Shown here one piece after another: positions 16,172-35,528 of a stretch of DNA of 64,000 nucleotides. Each line of letters starts with the position of its first letter. The first letter of the stretch is position 1. The DNA is taken from assembly GCF_009914755.1 (NCBI RefSeq), contig NC_060948.1, one strand, 5' to 3'. Origin of the DNA: the human T2T-CHM13v2.0 reference genome, Homo sapiens. The notes beneath the pieces were generated by a model. That model was not told the origin of the DNA. It saw only the letters and a program-made list of their open reading frames with translations, and ran no database searches. Position numbers and translations under genes: made by a program.

Positions 16172-18276
16172 AGATCCATATTTTTTAAATGAAAAAAAAT
16201 TTCAAAGGTACTCTGCTTGGTACAATAATCAAATGTATAAACTGAGGAATAAAACATAACCATGAAACCTACTTATAACTGCATATGGAAAATACAGAGG
16301 ATAATTTTTTAAATAACATATTTTGAAAGCCTTAACTAGTAATTTGAAGAGTTGGCATTTGTAAGGCCAGTATGAATATACCTTCAAAGCAGCAACTCAG
16401 GTTCCCCATGAGAAAAAGCAAACTCAGGGAAAATAAAACCACAAAGGTTCAATCTCTTCTGACCTTTGAAAGACACAGCACAGACAGTGGTCCTTAGGAC
16501 GAAGAGCAGGAGACCCCTAATTCCGTCACCATGGCGATAGGGCATAAACATTGCTGGGTGAGGGCACAATCCACATTGTGAGGTCCAACTGCTGCCAGGA
16601 AGACAGGAGTGCTTTTACATAGACCGAAAGGTCATTGAAGTCTCAGAGTTTTGTTTCAAGAACTGAATCCCAAGCCCACACGTTATTAGCCTGCGCTTCT
16701 TAAAACAAGTTATGAGATGGGAAAAAGGGCACCCACAAACATACGTATACATTATGTATATAATAATATACAGTATCATATATAAAATATGTATAACCTA
16801 TGTATAATATTGTTTTACATCCTGCATCTTATATTATATATATTGTATAAAATATAATAATTGATAATATATAACATTTATATTTATACAGTATGACATA
16901 TAGTATATATTATAATTTATGACATATATAATATATGTTACATATCATATATAGAATATATTATACGGTTAATATACGTATTAAATATAAATTATACATT
17001 ATATATATTATATAAAATATATCTGTTATATATAATACCCTTTATGCATAATATATATATTATGTCTATGTTATATATAGTATAAAACAACATATAATAA
17101 TATATAATTGTATATATAAAATGCGACATATAATATATATTATATTTTATGACATATGTAATATATATTATATATTATATATAATACGTTGTATGTATAA
17201 TACCTATATTAAATATATATTATATGACTATGTTATTAATTACATGTCACATATGTTATATATTATATATTTTACATAGAATATACCGGTTACATACAAT
17301 ATATACTATGTTACCTATAATGTATAATTGATTACATGTAAAATAAAGAATGCAATATATTATGTATAATTTATAATATACAATATGTGGAATGTGATAT
17401 ATATAACATATAATATATGATATATGATATACAGTATATGATATATAACACACAATATATGATACCTAATATATATGGTATACAATATATATTTTATGAT
17501 ATGTATTCTATATGTTTTATATTCTGTTATATATAACTATTTGAAATTATATATAACTGTATAATATTTTATGTAAATATGTAATATAATATATATAACT
17601 ATATAATATATTATATATAACTATATATTATGTTATATATACTTTTATAACATAATTTACATTAAATATCATAATATAATATATATTATATTATTTCACA
17701 TTACATAATATATATTACATATCACCCAATATAAGTAACATACATAATATTATAATATAGATTATATTATGTTATATTAAATATCATATATATCATGTAT
17801 CATATATTCTATAATATATATTACACATTATATAATATGTATGTTGTCTATTATGTGATATATATAACTATATATATAATTATATTATTATACATATAAC
17901 TAGATAAACATGAAATTCTACATATTTTCATTTATAATATATAGAATTATATAATCATATATAATTATTTATATTCTATAAATAATTATATCATTATATA
18001 AATTATAATATATAAAAATTATAATATGTACTACAAATATATATATTATATATCATATATGATATAGTACCTTTGTTATATATCATAATACATATAAATG
18101 TGTATTATGTTATCTACAATTATATAATTTCATATATAAGTTATATAATATGTATTATATATTGTATATGTTATGTAATATATATAGTATATATAAGCTG
18201 ACACAGGATAAATATTATATACTATGACATATAAAATATATGAGGTTATATGTTACATATAAGGCATAGCACATAA

Positions 18277-18591
<315 letters not shown>

Positions 18592-20718
18592 AGATCCATA
18601 TTTTGTAAATGAAAAACAATTTCAAAGGTACTCTGCTTGGTACAATAATCAAATGTATAAACTGAGGAATGAAACATAACCATGAAACCTACTTATAACT
18701 GCATATGGAAAATACAGAGGATAATTTTTTAAATAACATATTTTGAAAGCCTTAACTAGTAATTTGAAGAGTTGGCATTTGAAAGGCCAGTATGAATATA
18801 CCTTCAAAGCAGCAACACAGGTTCCCCATGAGAAAAAGCAAACTCAGGGAAAATAAAAACACAAAGGTTCAATCTCTTCTGACCTTTGAAAGACACAGCA
18901 CAGACAGTGGTCCTTAGGACGAAGAGCAGGAGACCCCTAATTCCGTCACCATGGCGATAGGGCATAAACATTGCTGGGTGAGGGCACAATCCACATTGTG
19001 AGGTCCAACTGCTGCCAGGAAGACAGGAGTGCTTTTACATAGACCGAAAGGTCATTGAAGGCTCAGAGTTTTGTTTCAAGAACTGAATCCCAAGCCCACA
19101 CGTTATTAGGCTGCGCTTCTTAAAACAAGTTATGAGATGGGAAAAAGGGCACCCACAAACAAACGTATACATTATGTATATAATAATATACAGTATCATA
19201 TATATAATATATATAACCTATGTATAATATTGTTTTACATCCTGCATCTTATGTTATATATATTGTATAAAATATAATAATTGATAATATATAAGTTTTA
19301 TATTTATACAATATGACATATAGTATATATTATAATTTATGACATATATGATATATGTTATATATCATATATAGAATATATTATACGGTTAATATACGTA
19401 TTAAATATAAATTATACATTATATATATTATATATAATATATCTGTTATATATAATACCCATTATGCATAATAAATATATTATGTCTAGGTTATATATAG
19501 TATAAAACAACATATAATAATATATAATTGTATATATAAAATGTAACATATAATATATATTATATTTTATAACATATGTAATATATATTATATATTATAT
19601 ATAATACGTTGTATGCATAATACCTATATTAAATATATATTATATGACTATGTTATTAATTACATGTCACATGTGTTATATATTATATATTTTACATAGA
19701 ATATACCGGTTACATACAATATATACTATGTTACCTATAATGTATAATTTATTACATGTAAAATAAAGAATGCAATATATTATGTATAATTTATAATATA
19801 CAATATGTGGAATGTGATATATATAACATATAATATATGATATATGATATACAGTATATGATATATAACATACAATATATGATTCCTAATATATATGGTA
19901 TACAATATATATTTTATGATATGTATTCTATATGTTTTATATTCTGTTATATATAACTATTTAAAATTATATATAACTGTATACTATTTTATGTAAATAT
20001 GTAATATAATATATATAACTATATAATATATTATATATAACTATATATTATGTTATATATACTTTTATAACATAATTTACAAAAATATCATAACATAATA
20101 TATATTATATTATTTCATATTACATAATATATATTACATATCACCCAATATAACTAATATACATAATATTATAATATAGATTATATTATGTTATATTAAA
20201 TATCATATATATCATGTATCATATATTCTATAATATATATTACACATTATATAATATGTATGTTGTCTATTATGTGACATATATAAATCTATATATAATT
20301 TTATTTTTATACATATAACTAGATAAACATGTAATTCTACATATTTTCATTTATAATATGTAGAATTATATAATCATATATAATTATTTATATTCTATAA
20401 AAAATTTTATCATTATATAAATTATAATATATAAAAATTATAATATGTACTACAAATATATATATTATATATCATATATGATATAGTACCTTTGTTATAT
20501 ATCATAATACATATAAATGTGTATTATGTTATCTATAATTATATAATTTCATATATAAGATGTATAATATGTATCATATATTATATATGTTATGTAATAT
20601 ACATAGTATATATAAGATGACACAGGATAAATATTATATACTATGACATATAAAATATATGAGGTTATATGTTACATATAAGGCATAGCACATAACATGT
20701 AATATATATCATATATAA

Positions 20719-21010
<292 letters not shown>

Positions 21011-23139
21011 AGATCCATATTTTTTAAATGAAAAAAAATTTCAAAGGTACTCTGCTTGGTACAATAATCAAATGTATAAACTGAGGAATAAACCATAACC
21101 ATGAAACCTACTTATAACTGCATATGGAAAATACAGAGGATAATTTTTTAAATAACATATTTTGAAAGCCTTAACTAGTAATTTGAAGAGCTGGCATTTG
21201 AAAGGCCAGTATGAATATACCTTCAAAGCAGCAACACAGGTTTCCCCAAGAGAAAAAGCAAACACAGGGAAAATAAAAACACAAAGGTTCAATCTCTTCT
21301 GACCTTTGAAAGACACAGCACAGACAGTGGTCCTTAGGACGAAGAGCAGGAGACCCCTAATTCCGTCACCATGGCGATAGGGCATAAACATTGCTGGGTG
21401 AGGGCACAATCCACATTGTGAGGTCCAACTGCTGCCAGGAAGACAGGAGTGCTTTTACATAGACCGAAAGGTCATTGAAGGCTCAGAGTTTTGTTTCAAG
21501 AACTGAATCCCAAGCCCACACGTTATTAGGCTGCGCTTCTTAAAACAAGTTATGAGATGGGAAAAAGGGCACCCACAAACATACGTATACATTATGTATA
21601 TAATAATACACAGTATCATATATATAATATATATAACCTATGTATAATATTGTTTTACATCCTGCATCTTATGTTATATATATTGTATAAAATATAATAA
21701 TTGATAATATATAAGTTTTATATTTATACAATATGACATATAGTATATATTATAATTTATGACATATATAATATATGTTATATATCATATATAGAATATA
21801 TTATACGGTTAATATACGTATTAAATATAAATTATACATTATATATATTATATATAATATATCTGTTATATATAATACCCATTATGCATAATATATATAT
21901 TATGTCTATGTTATATATAGTATAAAACAACATATAATAATATATAATTGTATATATAAAATGCGACATATAATATATATTATATTTTATAACATATGTA
22001 ATATATATTATATATTATATGTAATACGTTGTATGTATAATACCTATATTAAATATATATTATATGACTATGTTATTAATTACATGTCACATGTGTTATA
22101 TATTATATATTTTATATAGAATATACCGGTTACATACAATATATACTATGTTACCTATAATGTATAATTTATTACATGTAAAATAAAGAATGCAATATAT
22201 TATGTATAATTTATAATATACAATATGTGGAATGTGATATATATAACTTATAATATATGATATATGATATACAGTATATGATATATAACATACAATATAT
22301 GATACCTAATATATATGGTATACAATATATATTTTATGATATGTATTCTATATGTTTTATATTCTGTTATATATAACTATTTGAAATTATATATAACTGT
22401 ATAATATTTTATGTAAATATGTAATATAATATATATAACTATATAATATATTATATATAACTATATATTATGTTATATATACTTTTATAACATAATTTAC
22501 ATAAAATGTCATAATATAATATATATTATATTATTTCACATTACATAATATATATTACATATCACCCAATATAAGTAACATACATAATATTATAATATAG
22601 ATTATATTATGTTATATTAAATATCATATATATCATGTATCATATATTCTATAAAATATATTACACATTATATTATATGTATGTTGTCTATTTTGTGATA
22701 TATAAAACTATATATATAATTATATTATTATACATATAACTAGGTAAACATGTAAATCTACATATTTTCATTTGTAATATATAGAATTATATAATCATAT
22801 ATAATTATTTATATTCTATAAAAAATTATATCATTATATAAATTATAATATAAAAAAATTATAATATGTACTACAAATATATATATTATATATCATATAT
22901 GATATAGTACCTTTGTTATATATCATAATACATATAAATGTGTATTATGTTATCTATAATTATATAATTTCATATATAAGATGTATAATATGTATTATAT
23001 ATTGTCTATGTTATGTAATATATATAGTATATGTAAGCTGACACAGGATAAATATTATATACTATGACATATAAAATATATGAGGTTATATGTTACATAT
23101 AAGTCATAGCACATAACATGTAATATATATCATATATAA

Positions 23140-23431
<292 letters not shown>

Positions 23432-25535
23432 AGATCCATATTTTTTAAATGAAAAAAAATTTCAAAGGTACTCTGCTTGGTACAATAATCAAATGTATAA
23501 ACTGAGGAATAAAACATAACCATGAAACCTACTTATAACTGCATATGGAAAATACAGAGGATAATTTCTTAAATAACATATTTTGAAAGCCTTAACTAGT
23601 AATTTGAAGAGTTGGCATTTGAAAGGCCAGTATGAATATACCTTCAAAGCAGCAACACAGGTTCCCCATGAGAAAAAGCAAACTCAGGGAAAATAAAACC
23701 ACAAAGGTTCAATCTCTTCTGACCTTTGAAAGACACAGCACAGACAGTGGTCCTTAGGACGAAGAGCAGGAGACCCCTAATTCCGTCACCATGGCGATAG
23801 GGCATAAATATTGCTGGGTGAGGGCACAATCCACATTGAGAGGTCCAACTGCTGCCAGGAAGACAGGAGTGCTTTTATATAGACCGAAAGGTCATTGAAG
23901 GCTCAGAGTTTTGTTTCAAGAACTGAATCCCAAGCCCACACGTTATTAGGCTGCGCTTCTTAAAACAAGTTATGAGATGGGAAAAAGGGCACCCACAAAC
24001 ATACGTATACATTATGTATATAATAATATACAGTATCATATATATAATATATATAACCTATGTATAATATTGTTTTACATCCTGCATCTTATATTATATA
24101 TATTGTATAAAATATAAAATTCATAATACATAACGTTTATATTTATACAATATGACATATAGTATATATTATAATTTATGTCATATATAATATATGTTAT
24201 ATATCATATATAGAATATATTATACGGTTAATATACGTATTAAATATAAATTATACATTATATATATTATATAAAATATATCTGTTATATATAATACCCT
24301 TTATGCATAATATATATATTATGTCTATGTTATATATAGTATAAAACAACATATAATAATATATAATTGTATATATAAAATGCGACATATAATATATATT
24401 ATATTTTATGACATATGTAATATATATTATATATTATATATAATACGTTGTATGTATAATACCTATATTAAATATATATTATATGACTATGTTATTAATT
24501 ACATGTCACATATGTTATATATTATATATTTTACATAGAATATACCGGTTACATACAATATATACTATGTTACCTATAATGTATAATTGATTACATGTAA
24601 AATAAAGAATGCAATATATTATGTATAATTTATAATATACAATATGTGGAATGTGATATATATAACATATAATATATGATATATGATACACAGTATATGA
24701 TATATAACACACAATATATGATACCTAATATATATGGTATACAATATATATTTTATGATATGTATTCTATATGTTTTATATTCTGTTATATATAACTATT
24801 TGAAATTATATATAACTGTATAATATTTTATGTAAATATGTAATATAATATATATAACTATATAATATATTATATATAACTATATATTATGTTATATATA
24901 CTTTTATAACATAATTTACATTAAATATCATAATATAATATATATTATATTATTTCACATTACATAATATATATTACATATCACCCAATATTAGTAACAT
25001 ACATAATATTATAATATAGATTATATTATGTTATATTAAATATCATATATATCATGTATCATATATTCTATAATATATATTACACATTATATAATATGTA
25101 TGTTGTCTATTATGTGATATATATAACTATATATATAATTATATTATTATACATATAACTAGATAAACATGAAATTCTACATATTTTCATTTATAATATA
25201 TAGAATTATATAATCATATATAATTATTTATATTCTATAAAAAATTATATCATTATATAAATTATAATATATAAAAATTATAATATGTACTACAAATATA
25301 TATATTATATATCATATATGATATAGTACCTTTGTTATATATCATAATACATATAAATGTGTATTATGTTATCTACAATTATATAATTTCATATATAACT
25401 TATATAATATGTATTATATATTGTATATGTTATGTAATATATATAGTATATATAAGCTGACACAGGATAAATATTATATACTATGACATATAAAATATAT
25501 GAGGTTATATGTTACATATAAGGCATAGCACATAA

Positions 25536-25850
<315 letters not shown>

Positions 25851-27954
25851 AGATCCATATTTTGTAAATGAAAAACAATTTCAAAGGTACTCTGCTTGGT
25901 ACAATAATCAAATGTATAAACTGAGGAATGAAACATAACCATGAAACCTACTTATAACTGCATATGGAAAATACAGAGGATAATTTTTTAAATAACATAT
26001 TTTGAAAGCCTTAACTAGTAATTTGAAGAGTTGGCATTTGAAAGGCCAGTATGAATATACCTTCAAAGCAGCAACACAGGTTCCCCATGAGAAAAAGCAA
26101 ACACAGGGAAAATAAAAACACAAAGGTTCAATCTCTTCTGACCTTTGAAAGACACAGCACAGACAGTGGTCCTTAGGACGAAGAGCAGGAGACCCCTAAT
26201 TCCGTCACCATGGCGATAGGGCATAAACACTGCTGGGTGAGGGCACAATCCACATTGTGAGGTCCAACTGCTGCCAGGAAGACAGGAGTGCTTTTACATA
26301 GACCGAAAGGTCATTGAAGGCTCAGAGTTTTGTTTCAAGAACTGAATCCCAAGCCCACACGTTATTAGGCTGCGCTTCTTAAAACAAGTTATGAGATGGG
26401 AAAAAGGGCACCCAAAAACATACGTATACATTATGTATATAATAATATACAGTGTCATATATATAATATATATAACCTATGTATAATATTGTTTTACATC
26501 CTGCATCTTATGTTATATATATTGTATAAAATATAATAATTGATAATATATAACTTTTATAATTATACAATATGACATATAGTATATATTATAATTTATG
26601 ACATATATAATATATGTTATATATCATATACAGAATATATTATACGGTTAATATACGTATTAAATATAAATTATACATTATATATATTATATATAATATA
26701 TCTGTTATATATAATACCCATTATGCATAATATATATATTATGTCTATGTTATATATAGTATAAAACAACATATAATAATATATAATTGTATATATAAAT
26801 GCGACATATAATATATATTACATTTTATGACATATGTAATATATATTATATATTATATATAATACGTTGTATTTATAATACCTATATTAAATATATATTA
26901 TATGACTATGTTATTAATTACATGTCACATGTGTTATATATTATATATTTTACATAGAATATACCGGTTACATACAATATATACCATGTTACCTATAATG
27001 TATAATTTATTACATGTAAAATAAAGAATGCAATGTATTATGTATAATTTATAATATACAATATGTGGAATGTGATATATATAACATATAATATATGATA
27101 TATGATATACAGTATATGATATATAACATACAATATATGATTCCTAATATATATGGTATACAATATATATTTTATGATATGTATTCTATATGTTTTATAT
27201 TCTGTTATATATAACTATTTGAAATTATATATAACTGTATAATATTTTATATAAATATGTAATATAATATATATAACTATATAATATATTATATATAACT
27301 ATATATTATGTTATATATACTTTTATAACATAATTTACATAAAATATCATAATATAATATATATTATATTATTTCATATTACATAATATATATTACATAT
27401 CACCCAATATAACTAACATACATAATATTATAATATAGATTATATTATGTTATATTAAATATCATATATATCATGTATCATATATTCTATAATATATATT
27501 ACACATTATATAATATGTATGTTGTCTATTATGTGATATATATAACTATATATATAATTATATTTTTATACATATAACTAGATAAACATGTAATTCTACA
27601 TATTTTCATTTATAATATGTAGAAGTATATAATCATATATAATTATTTATATTCTATAAAAAATTTTATCATTATATAAATTATAATATATAAAAATTAT
27701 AATATGTACTACAAATATATATATTATATATCATATATGATATAGTACCTTTGTTATATATCATAATACATATAAATGTGTATTATGTTATCTATAATTA
27801 TATAATTTCATATATAAGATGTATAATATGTATCATATATTATATATGTTATGTAATATATATAGTATATATAAGATGACACAGGATAAATATTATATAC
27901 TATGACATATAAAATATATCAGGTTATATGTTACATATAAGGCATAGCACATAA

Positions 27955-28269
<315 letters not shown>

Positions 28270-30373
28270 AGATCCATATTTTTTAAATGAAAAAAAATTT
28301 CAAAGGTACTCTGCTTGGTACAATAATCAAATGTATAAACTGAGGAATAAAACATAACCATGAAACCTACTTATAACTGCATATGGAAAATACAGAGGAT
28401 AATTTTTTAAATAACATAGTTTGAAAGCCTTAACTAGTAATTTGAAGAGTTGGCATTTGAAAGGCCAGTATGAATATACCTTCAAAGCAGCAACACAGGT
28501 TCCCCATGAGAAAAAGCAAACACAGGGAAAATAAAAACACAAAGGTTCAATCTCTTCTGACCTTTGAAAGACACAGCACAGACAGTGGTCCTTAGGACGA
28601 AGAGCAGGAGACCCCTAATTCCGTCACCATGGCGATAGGGCATAAACATTGCTGGGTGAGGGCACAATCCACATTGTGAGGTCCAACTGCTGCCAGGAAG
28701 ACAGGAGTGCTTTTACGTAGACCGAAAGGTCATTGAAGGCTCAGAGTTTTGTTTCAAGAACTGAATCCCAAGCCCACACGTTATTAGGCTGCGCTTCTTA
28801 AAACAAGTTATGAGATGGGAAAAAGGGCACCCACAAACATACGTATACATTATGTATATAATAATATACAGTGTCATATATATAATATATATAACCTATG
28901 TATAATATTGTTTTACATCCTGCATCTTATGTTATATATATTGTATAAAATATAATAATTGATAATATATAACTTTTATAATTATACAATATGACATATA
29001 GTATATATTATAATTTATGACATATATAATATATGTTATATATCATATACAGAATATATTATACGGTTAATATACGTATTAAATATAAATTATACATTAT
29101 ATATATTATATATAATATATCTGTTATATATAATACCCATTATGCATAATATATATATTATGTCTATGTTATATATAGTATAAAACAACATATAATAATA
29201 TATAATTGTATATATAAATGCGACATATAATATATATTATATTTTATGACATATGTAATATATATTATATATTATATATAATACGTTGTATGTATAATAC
29301 CTATATTAAATATATATTATATGACTATGTTATTAATTACATGTCACATGTGTTATATATTATATATTTTACATAGAATATACCGGTTACCTACAATATA
29401 TACCATGTTACCTATAATGTATAATTTATTACATGTAAAATAAAGAATGCAATATATTATGTATAATTTATAATATACAATATGTGGAATGTGATATATA
29501 TAACATATAATATATGATATATGATATACAGTATATGATATATAACATACAATATATGATTCCTAATATATATGGTATACAATATATATTTTATGATATG
29601 TATTCTATATGTTTTATATTCTGTTATATATAACTATTTGAAATTATATATAACTGTATAATATTTTATGTAAATATGTAATATAATATATATAACTATA
29701 TAATATATTATATATAACTATATATTATGTTATATATACTTTTATAACATAATTTACATAAAATATCATAATATAATATATATTATATTATTTCATATTA
29801 CATAATATATATTACATATCACCCAATATAACTAACATACATAATATTATAATATAGATTATATTATGTTATATTAAATATCATATATATCATGTATCAT
29901 ATATTCTATAATATATATTACACATTATATAATATGTATGTTGTCTATTATGTGATATATATAACTATATATATAATTATATTTTTATACATATAACTAG
30001 ATAAACATGTAATTCTACATATTTTCATTTATAATATGTAGAAGTATATAATCATATATAATTATTTATATTCTATAAAAAATTTTATCATTATATAAAT
30101 TATAATATATAAAAATTATAATATGTACTACAAATATATATATTATATATCATATATGATATAGTACCTTTGTTATATATCATAATACATATAAATGTGT
30201 ATTATGTTATCTATAATTATATAATTTCATATATAAGATGTATAATATGTATCATATATTATATATGTTATGTAATATATATAGTATATATAAGATGACA
30301 CAGGATAAATATTATATACTATGACATATAAAATATATCAGGTTATATGTTACATATAAGGCATAGCACATAA

Positions 30374-30688
<315 letters not shown>

Positions 30689-32816
30689 AGATCCATATTT
30701 TTTAAATGAAAAAAAATTTCAAAGGTACTCTGCTTGGTACAATAATCAAATGTATAAACTGAGGAATAAAACATAACCATGAAACCTACTTATAACTGCA
30801 TATGGAAAATACAGAGGATAATTTTTTAAATAACATATTTTGAAAGCCTTAACTAGTAATTTGAAGAGCTGGCATTTGAAAGGCCAGTATGAATATACCT
30901 TCAAAGCAGCAACACAGGTTCCCCATGAGAAAAAGCAAACACAGGGAAAATAAAAACACAAAGGTTCAATCTCTTCTGACCTTTGAAAGACACAGCACAG
31001 ACAGTGGTCCTTAGGACGAAGAGCAGGAGACCCCTAATTCCGTCACCATGGCGATAGGGCATAAACATTGCTGGGTGAGGGCACAATCCACATTGTGAGG
31101 TCCAACTGCTGCCAGGAAGACAGGAGTGCTTTTACATAGACCGAAAGGTCATTGAAGGCTCAGAGTTTTGTTTCAAGAACTGAATCCCAAGCCCACACGT
31201 TATTAGGCTGCGCTTCTTAAAACAAGTTATGAGATGGGAAAAAGGGCACCCACAAACATACGTATACATTATGTATATAATAATATACAGTATCATATAT
31301 AAAATATGTATAACCAATGTATAATATTGTTTTACATCCTGCATCTTATATTATATATATTGTATAAAATATAATAATTGATAATATATAAGTTTTATAT
31401 TTATACAATATGACATATAGTATATATTATACTTTATGACATATATAATATATGTTATATATCATATATAGAATATATTATACGGTTAATATACGTATTA
31501 AATATAAATTATACATTATATATATTATATAAAATATATCTGTTATATATAATACCCATTATGCATAATATATATATTATGTCTATGTTATATATAGTAT
31601 AAAACAACATATAATAATATATAATTGTATATATAAAATGCGACATATAATATATATTATATTTTATGACATATGTAATATATATTATATATTATATATA
31701 ATACGTTGTATGTATAATACCTATATTAAATATATATTATATGACTATGTTATTAATTACATGTCACATATGTTATATATTATATATTTTACATAGAATA
31801 TACCGGTTACATACAATATATACTATGTTACCTATAATGTATAATTGATTACATGTAAAATAAAGAATGCAATATATTATGTATAATTTATAATATACAA
31901 TATGTGGAATGTGATATATATAACATATAATATATGATATATGATATACAGTATATGATATATAACATACAATATATGATACCTAATATATATGGTATAC
32001 AATATATATTTTAAGTTATGTATTCTATATGTTTTATATTCTGTTATATATAACTATTTGAAATTATATATAACTGTATAATATTTTATGTAAATATGTA
32101 ATATAATATATATAACTATATAATATATTATATATAACTATATATTATGTTATATATACTTTTATAACATAATTTACATAAAATGTCATAATATAATATA
32201 TATCATATTATTTCACATTACATAATATATATTACATATCACCCAATATAAGTAACATACATAATATTATAATATAGATTATATTATGTTATATTAAATA
32301 TCATATATATCATGTATCATATATTCTATAATATATATTACACATTATATAATATGTATGTTGTCTATTTTGTGATATATAAAACTATATATATAATTAT
32401 ATTATTATACATATAACTAGATAAACATGTAATTCTACATATTTTCATTTGTAATATATAGAATTATATAATCATATATAATTATTTATATTCTATAAAA
32501 AATTATATCATTATATAAATTATAATATAAAAAAATTATAATATGTACTACAAATATACATATTATATATCATATATGATATAGTACCTTTGTTATATAT
32601 CATAATACATATAAATGTGTATTATGTTATCTATAATTATATAATTTCATATATAAGATGTATAATATGTATTATATATTGTCTATGTTATGTAATATAT
32701 ATAGTATATGTAAGCTGACACAGGATAAATATTATATACTATGACATATAAAATATATGAGGTTATATGTTACATATAAGGCATAGCACATAACATGTAA
32801 TATATATCATATATAA

Positions 32817-33108
<292 letters not shown>

Positions 33109-35236
33109 AGATCCATATTTTTTAAATGAAAAAAAATTTCAAAGGTACTCTGCTTGGTACAATAATCAAATGTATAAACTGAGGAATAAAACATAACCAT
33201 GAAACCTACTTAAAACTGCATATGGAAAACACAGAGGATAATTTTTTAAATAACATATTTTGAAAGCCTTAACTAGTAATTTGAAGAGTTGGCATTTGAA
33301 AGGCCAGTATGAATATACCTTCAAAGCAGCAACACAGGTTCCCCATGAGAAAAAGCAAACTCAGGGAAAATAAAACCACAAAGGTTCAATCTCTTCTGAC
33401 CTTTGAAAGACACAGCACAGACAGTGGTCCTTAGGACGAAGAGCAGGAGACCCCTAATTCCGTCACCATGGCGATAGGGCATAAACATTGCTGGGTGAGG
33501 GCACAATCCACATTGAGAGGTCCAACTGCTGCCAGGAAGACAGGAGTGCTTTTACATAGACCGAAAGGTCATTGAAGGCTCAGAGTTTTGTTTCAAGAAC
33601 TGAATCCCAAGCCCACACGTTATTAGGCTGCGCTTCTTATAACAAGTTATGAGATGGGAAAAAGGGCACCCACAAACTTACGTATACATTATGTATATAA
33701 TAATATACAGTATCATATATATAATATATATAACCTATGTATAATATTGTTTTACATCATGCATTTTATATTATATATATTGTATAAAATATAATAATTG
33801 ATAATATATCAGTTTTATATTTATACAATATGACATATAGTATATATTATAATTTATGACATATATAATATATGTTATATATCATATATAGAATATATTA
33901 TACGGTTAATATACGTATTAAATATAAATTATACATTATATATATTATATAAAATATATCTGTTATATATAATACCCATTATGCATAATATATATATTAT
34001 GTCTATGTTATATATAGTATAAAACAACATATAATAATATATAATTGTATATATAAAATGCGACATATTATATATATTATATTTTATGACATATGTAATA
34101 TATATTATATATTATATATAATACGTTGTATGTATAATACCTATATTAAATATATATTATATGACTATGTTATTAATTACATGTCACATGTGTTATATAT
34201 TATATATTTTACATAGAATATACCGGTTACATACAATATATACTATGTTACCTATAATGTATAATTGATTACATGTAAAATAAAGAATGCAATATATTAT
34301 GTATAATTTATAATATACAATATGTGGAATGTGATATATATAACATATAATATATGATATATGATATACAGTATATGATATATAACACACAATATATGAT
34401 ACCTAATATATATGGTATACAATATATATTTTATGATATGTATTCTATATGATTTATATTCTGTTATATATAACTATTTGAAATTATATATAACTGTATA
34501 ATATTTTATGTAAATATGTAATATAATATATATAACTATATAATATATTATATATAACTATATATTATGTTATATATACTTTTATAACATAATTTACATA
34601 AAATGTCATAATATAATATATATTATATTATTTCACATTACATAATATATATTACATATCACCCAATATAAGTAACATACATAATATTATAATATAGATT
34701 ATATTATGTTATATTAAATATCATATATATCATGTATCATATATTCTATAATATATATTACACATTATATAATATGTATGTTGTCTATTTTGTGATATAT
34801 AAAACTATATATATAATTATATTATTATACATATAACTAGATAAACATGTAATTATACGTATTTTCATTTGTAATATATAGAATTATATAATCATATATA
34901 ATTATTTATATTCTATAAAAAATTATATCATTATATAAATTATAATATAAAAAAATTATAATATGTACTACAAATATATATATTATATATCATATATGAT
35001 ATAGTACCTTTGTTATATATCATAATACATATAAATGTGTATTATGTTATCTATAATTATATAATTTCATATGTAAGATGTATAATATGTATTATATATT
35101 CTCTATGTTATGTAATATATATAGTATATGTAAGCTGACACAGGATAAATATTATATACTATGACATATAAAATATATGAGGTTATATGTTACATATAAG
35201 GCATAGCACATAACATGTAATATATATCATATATAA

Positions 35237-35528
<292 letters not shown>

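Noticed and set aside
17256-17453. Tyr/Ile-rich ORFs (also 15, 2616, 24515, 34193, 39028, 43867, 46180)
   Set aside because: Translation products of TA-rich low-complexity DNA.
21068-21409. 113-aa ORF, the longest in the window
   Set aside because: A chance fusion of the two spurious ORFs by a private 1-bp insertion near 21241 in U9.
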